46,303 nucleotides of DNA from a virus (taxonomy: Duplodnaviria > Caudoviricetes): positions 1 through 46,303 of the IMG/VR virus record IMGVR_UViG_3300044787_000016. One strand, given 5' to 3'. Every line of letters begins with the position of its first letter. The first letter of the stretch is position 1. Below the pieces are notes generated by a model. The model saw only the letters and a list, made by a program, of their open reading frames with translations. It was not told where the DNA came from and made no database searches. Below are positions 43,802 through 46,303 of the stretch, in pieces. Position numbers and translations under genes: made by a program.

Positions 43802-44338
43802 ATGCATAGCAATTCAATGAGGCTTATGGGAGCGTTCGCTGCGCGTGTGCCGGCGAACGCTTCCGTTTTAGACGTAGGCTCGCAAGACGTGTGTGGATGT
43901 TACAGATCCCTCTTCCCCACACAGGAATACATCGGAATCGATGTGGCCGCTGGAAAGAATGTAGACATCGTAGTCGAGCCCTATGATTGGGCCAATCTCG
44001 GGGGGAGGCAGTTCGACTACGTTATCACTGGCCAGGCGCTAGAGCACATCGAGTTCCCATGGGAGACCATGAAGCTCATTGCGGCGCACCTTAAGCCCGG
44101 TGGGCGCCTTGCTGTTATCGTCCCTGCTAAGTGGCCGATTCACTATTTTCCCCTCGATTGCTATCGGTTCCATCCCGATGGCTTGAGTGCTCTGGGGAAG
44201 TGGGCGGGCCTTCGATTATACGAAGGCACAATCAGCGAGATAGACCACGACCAGTGGGATTGCTACGCGGAGTACATCAAAGAGGACGAGACCCACACCC
44301 TCGAAATGGCAGAAGAAAAAGAGGCCCCTCTTCCATGA
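43802..44338 (+). CDS. Class I SAM-dependent methyltransferase
   Basis: VLDVGS.DV.G.YR, G.NVD, FD.VI.GQALEH, LKPGG, H..P.DCYRF.PDG. Confidence 0.88.
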   Translation: MHSNSMRLMGAFAARVPANASVLDVGSQDVCGCYRSLFPTQEYIGIDVAAGKNVDIVVEPYDWANLGGRQFDYVITGQALEHIEFPWETMKLIAAHLKPGGRLAVIVPAKWPIHYFPLDCYRFHPDGLSALGKWAGLRLYEGTISEIDHDQWDCYAEYIKEDETHTLEMAEEKEAPLP

Positions 44339-44349
44339 GGGGCCTTTCT
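44314..44349. terminator. Bidirectional rho-independent terminator between convergent arms
   Basis: AGGCCCCTC-TTCCAT-GAGGGGCCT flanked by AAAAA on the left and TTTCT on the right. Confidence 0.75.
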
Positions 44350-44394
44350 GCTACCCAACCGTGCCGGGCACACGGCTCTGTTCCACCTGGGTAG

Positions 44395-44817
44395 CTAGCC
44401 GAATAGACCGAATACGCGCCGCCGAGCAGCCAGTTTATCCTTGGCAGATTTCAGCGCTATTAGCAAAGCTTTATTTGCAGCTTGTAGCCTTTCGGTCTGC
44501 AACAACATCTCCTTCATTTCCTTAATTGTCGCGCGCTCGCCAACTACCTCCGTCGCGATGAACTTAGTAGGCATAGCGTAATCTACGAAGGAACCACTCC
44601 CTAAATAGGGTTGTTCCACCTTTTCTTCAAGCGCTTTCGGGACGAGAACCTTGAGCGTATGATCGCGCATCGCGTTGTGATACCCCGTAGGGATCTGCCA
44701 TTCAAGGGTAATCACCGCGTAGGTTTCCTCCTTTCCATCGACTACCCGAACGTAGTCAACACAGTCAGAGGCGAGGTTACGGACCTCGACGTTATCCCAC
44801 TCCTTGATCCGAATCAC
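44395..44817 (-). CDS. Hypothetical protein with C-terminal coiled coil
   Basis: Last ORF of the left arm. Confidence 0.6.
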   Translation of the reverse strand: MIRIKEWDNVEVRNLASDCVDYVRVVDGKEETYAVITLEWQIPTGYHNAMRDHTLKVLVPKALEEKVEQPYLGSGSFVDYAMPTKFIATEVVGERATIKEMKEMLLQTERLQAANKALLIALKSAKDKLAARRRVFGLFG

Positions 44818-45557
44818 GATGCTAGCTCCTTTGTGCGGCGCTGGCCTACAATAGCGTAGACGTTATCGTCATTTTGCGGGTAGTCGCAGGTGAAGGCCAT
44901 CCACCCGGGTTGGGCAAAGTATGGCTCATAAATCTCGAACGCGCACCGATCCACGTTGAACGATAAGACGTTTTGTGGGTTGAGTCTCCATAGCTCTGAG
45001 CGCCCAGGTTCCGGGACAGCCTGAGAGTTCTCAAGGTAGCGTGTGGAATTGTGGGTTTGGTCTCCATTCGCAATCGGTGAAATAAGGGGCTCGAAGCAAT
45101 CGGTGATGTTCCGCTCCCAAGCATCCCCATCGAGTTGAACCGGAGCATCGAACATCCAATCCGCAGGGCGCCGCCAATGATGGTCTAGGAAGAACCGGCG
45201 GGCAGGGAAGCCGCAACCCAGCATCCACTCTAGGATCTGAAGTTGGAGATCCTCACCGATTCGACTCCAATCCCAGATTTCTGGATTCCCGAACCATGGA
45301 AAACGGACGTTGGGAACCGCAGGAATGTACCGTCGAACAAACTCTGCCCATGGCGAGTGCCATGTGTCCAAGGGCTTCGTCAGGACGTTGTAGTACCGGA
45401 TTAGTTCGACTTCTGGCCGGGCGAGGGCGAGCGCCGATGGCCGGACCATATTCCCCTCAGATTGGGAGACGATGATTGCATCGACCTGAGGGAGTACCCA
45501 CCCATTAGCGATTCGGTCGAAATCTGTATTCTCAAGGGATCGAAGGATCTTTGCCAT
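44814..45557 (-). CDS. Putative glycoside hydrolase-like (TIM-barrel) protein
   Basis: DAIIV, ARPEVELIRYYN, FFLDH, IANG and YLEN resemble strand motifs of GH114/GHL15-like barrels; Trp-rich. Confidence 0.4.
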   Translation of the reverse strand: MAKILRSLENTDFDRIANGWVLPQVDAIIVSQSEGNMVRPSALALARPEVELIRYYNVLTKPLDTWHSPWAEFVRRYIPAVPNVRFPWFGNPEIWDWSRIGEDLQLQILEWMLGCGFPARRFFLDHHWRRPADWMFDAPVQLDGDAWERNITDCFEPLISPIANGDQTHNSTRYLENSQAVPEPGRSELWRLNPQNVLSFNVDRCAFEIYEPYFAQPGWMAFTCDYPQNDDNVYAIVGQRRTKELAS

Positions 45558-45934
45558 TAGACGACGTAGAGAAGGCCACCACGCTTTAGGGCGTCCTTGA
45601 TAAGGGTAGTATCCTCAAGCTGGATTCCGATGCATCCCAAGGTTCCAGGGACATTTCCATCGGGATGAATCCCAAGGCCCGTCCGGTCAGAATCGAACTC
45701 GGGGTGAAGGGGCGCAAACCAAGCGTTTCCCTTAGGATCTACGAATCCCTTGTTAGATTCAACATTCGCATCGATCGCCATAGCCGGACCGATTCGATAG
45801 GATCCCTTAGGTGCAGCACCCTTTCCAAAAGGGCCACTCACGGCCTTAGCCTTGATCCCACCAGGCCCAAGTTCATAGAGCGTGTCGCCAGTGAATACAA
45901 AGACATCGACAGCGCCAGTCAGGGTTACGCGCAT
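45557..45934 (-). CDS. L,D-transpeptidase-like protein, second copy
   Basis: Protein identical to 447-824; DNA differences are synonymous. Confidence 0.7.
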   Translation of the reverse strand: MRVTLTGAVDVFVFTGDTLYELGPGGIKAKAVSGPFGKGAAPKGSYRIGPAMAIDANVESNKGFVDPKGNAWFAPLHPEFDSDRTGLGIHPDGNVPGTLGCIGIQLEDTTLIKDALKRGGLLYVV

Positions 45935-46303
45935 GGAGTTCCTCCTTCAAGCCATTCGGCCACGATAGAATTTGCAAACTGTTGGTCAGTAAGACGCGCC
46001 TTATACCACTCGGCAAAGCCGTGAGCAGCGCCCCGGGCAACCTTAGTCTTCGCCCAGGTCCACAGGGCTTCCTTAATCTCTACTTCACATTCGGTTAGTA
46101 CATCTTCCTTAACCATGGGAAGAAGGACTCCAATATCTCGCGGGTCATTGGTCAGCCCACCAAGATCACGAAGCCTCTGAACCGCCTTCTCCCACCGAGC
46201 AGGCGTGCAAAAGAGCGCCCCGATATTTTCAACAACGGCAGTCTGGGATGGGTTCCGCTCCTTCCAATCCTTCGAGTGCTTCTCCTTGAACGCTGGGGAG
46301 ACG
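45925..46303 (-). CDS. 3' part of Rnl2-like RNA ligase, alternative allele (truncated by window edge)
   Basis: ...KEDVLTECEVEIKEALWTWAK... with a different C-terminus ARLTDQQFANSIVAEWLEGGTPCA. Confidence 0.8.
   Translation of the reverse strand, partial: VSPAFKEKHSKDWKERNPSQTAVVENIGALFCTPARWEKAVQRLRDLGGLTNDPRDIGVLLPMVKEDVLTECEVEIKEALWTWAKTKVARGAAHGFAEWYKARLTDQQFANSIVAEWLEGGTPCA

Larger units (their letters stand above)
45111..46303. repeat. Terminal direct repeat, right copy
   Basis: Matches 1-1262 with SNPs and is 69 nt shorter. Confidence 0.97.

Noticed and set aside
1-46303. Stop-codon reassignment
   Set aside because: Core genes are intact under code 11, with TAA, TAG and TGA all used as stops. 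Neither tRNA has a suppressor anticodon.

Overview
The window appears to be a complete ~45.1 kb tailed-phage genome, probably a podovirus since no tape-measure or major tail gene is recognisable. It is assembled with ~1.2 kb of terminal redundancy (1-1262 vs 45111-46303), and the two copies are not identical. Two divergent arms start from a non-coding region at ~19.4-19.7 kb and meet at a bidirectional terminator at ~44.33 kb. The leftward arm carries small early genes, SprT-like and Gp88-like proteins, a RepA/AAA_25 helicase, a tRNA, RtcB, a PD-(D/E)XK nuclease and a nucleoside deoxyribosyltransferase-like protein. It continues with a primase, a Sak4-like ATPase, an SSB, an Acb2/Tad1-like protein, a dATP/dGTP diphosphohydrolase-like protein, two HNHs, a UDG-fused family A DNA polymerase, an Rnl2-type RNA ligase, an L,D-transpeptidase-like protein and a glycoside-hydrolase-like protein. 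The rightward arm carries TerS?/TerL, portal, scaffold, major capsid, glycosyltransferase/GNAT/methyltransferases, tail and ejection proteins, and a holin-like protein. Four observations stand out. (1) There are two RNA ligases with complementary end chemistry plus two non-canonical tRNAs, one of which lies inside the 5' end of the terminase ORF. (2) PolA has a degenerate UDG domain with a Zn-finger insertion and unusual motif B/C residues. (3) The early promoter looks like a sigma54/IHF promoter. (4) There is a candidate anti-defence sponge. All protein assignments come from motif recognition by eye; no database searches were run.
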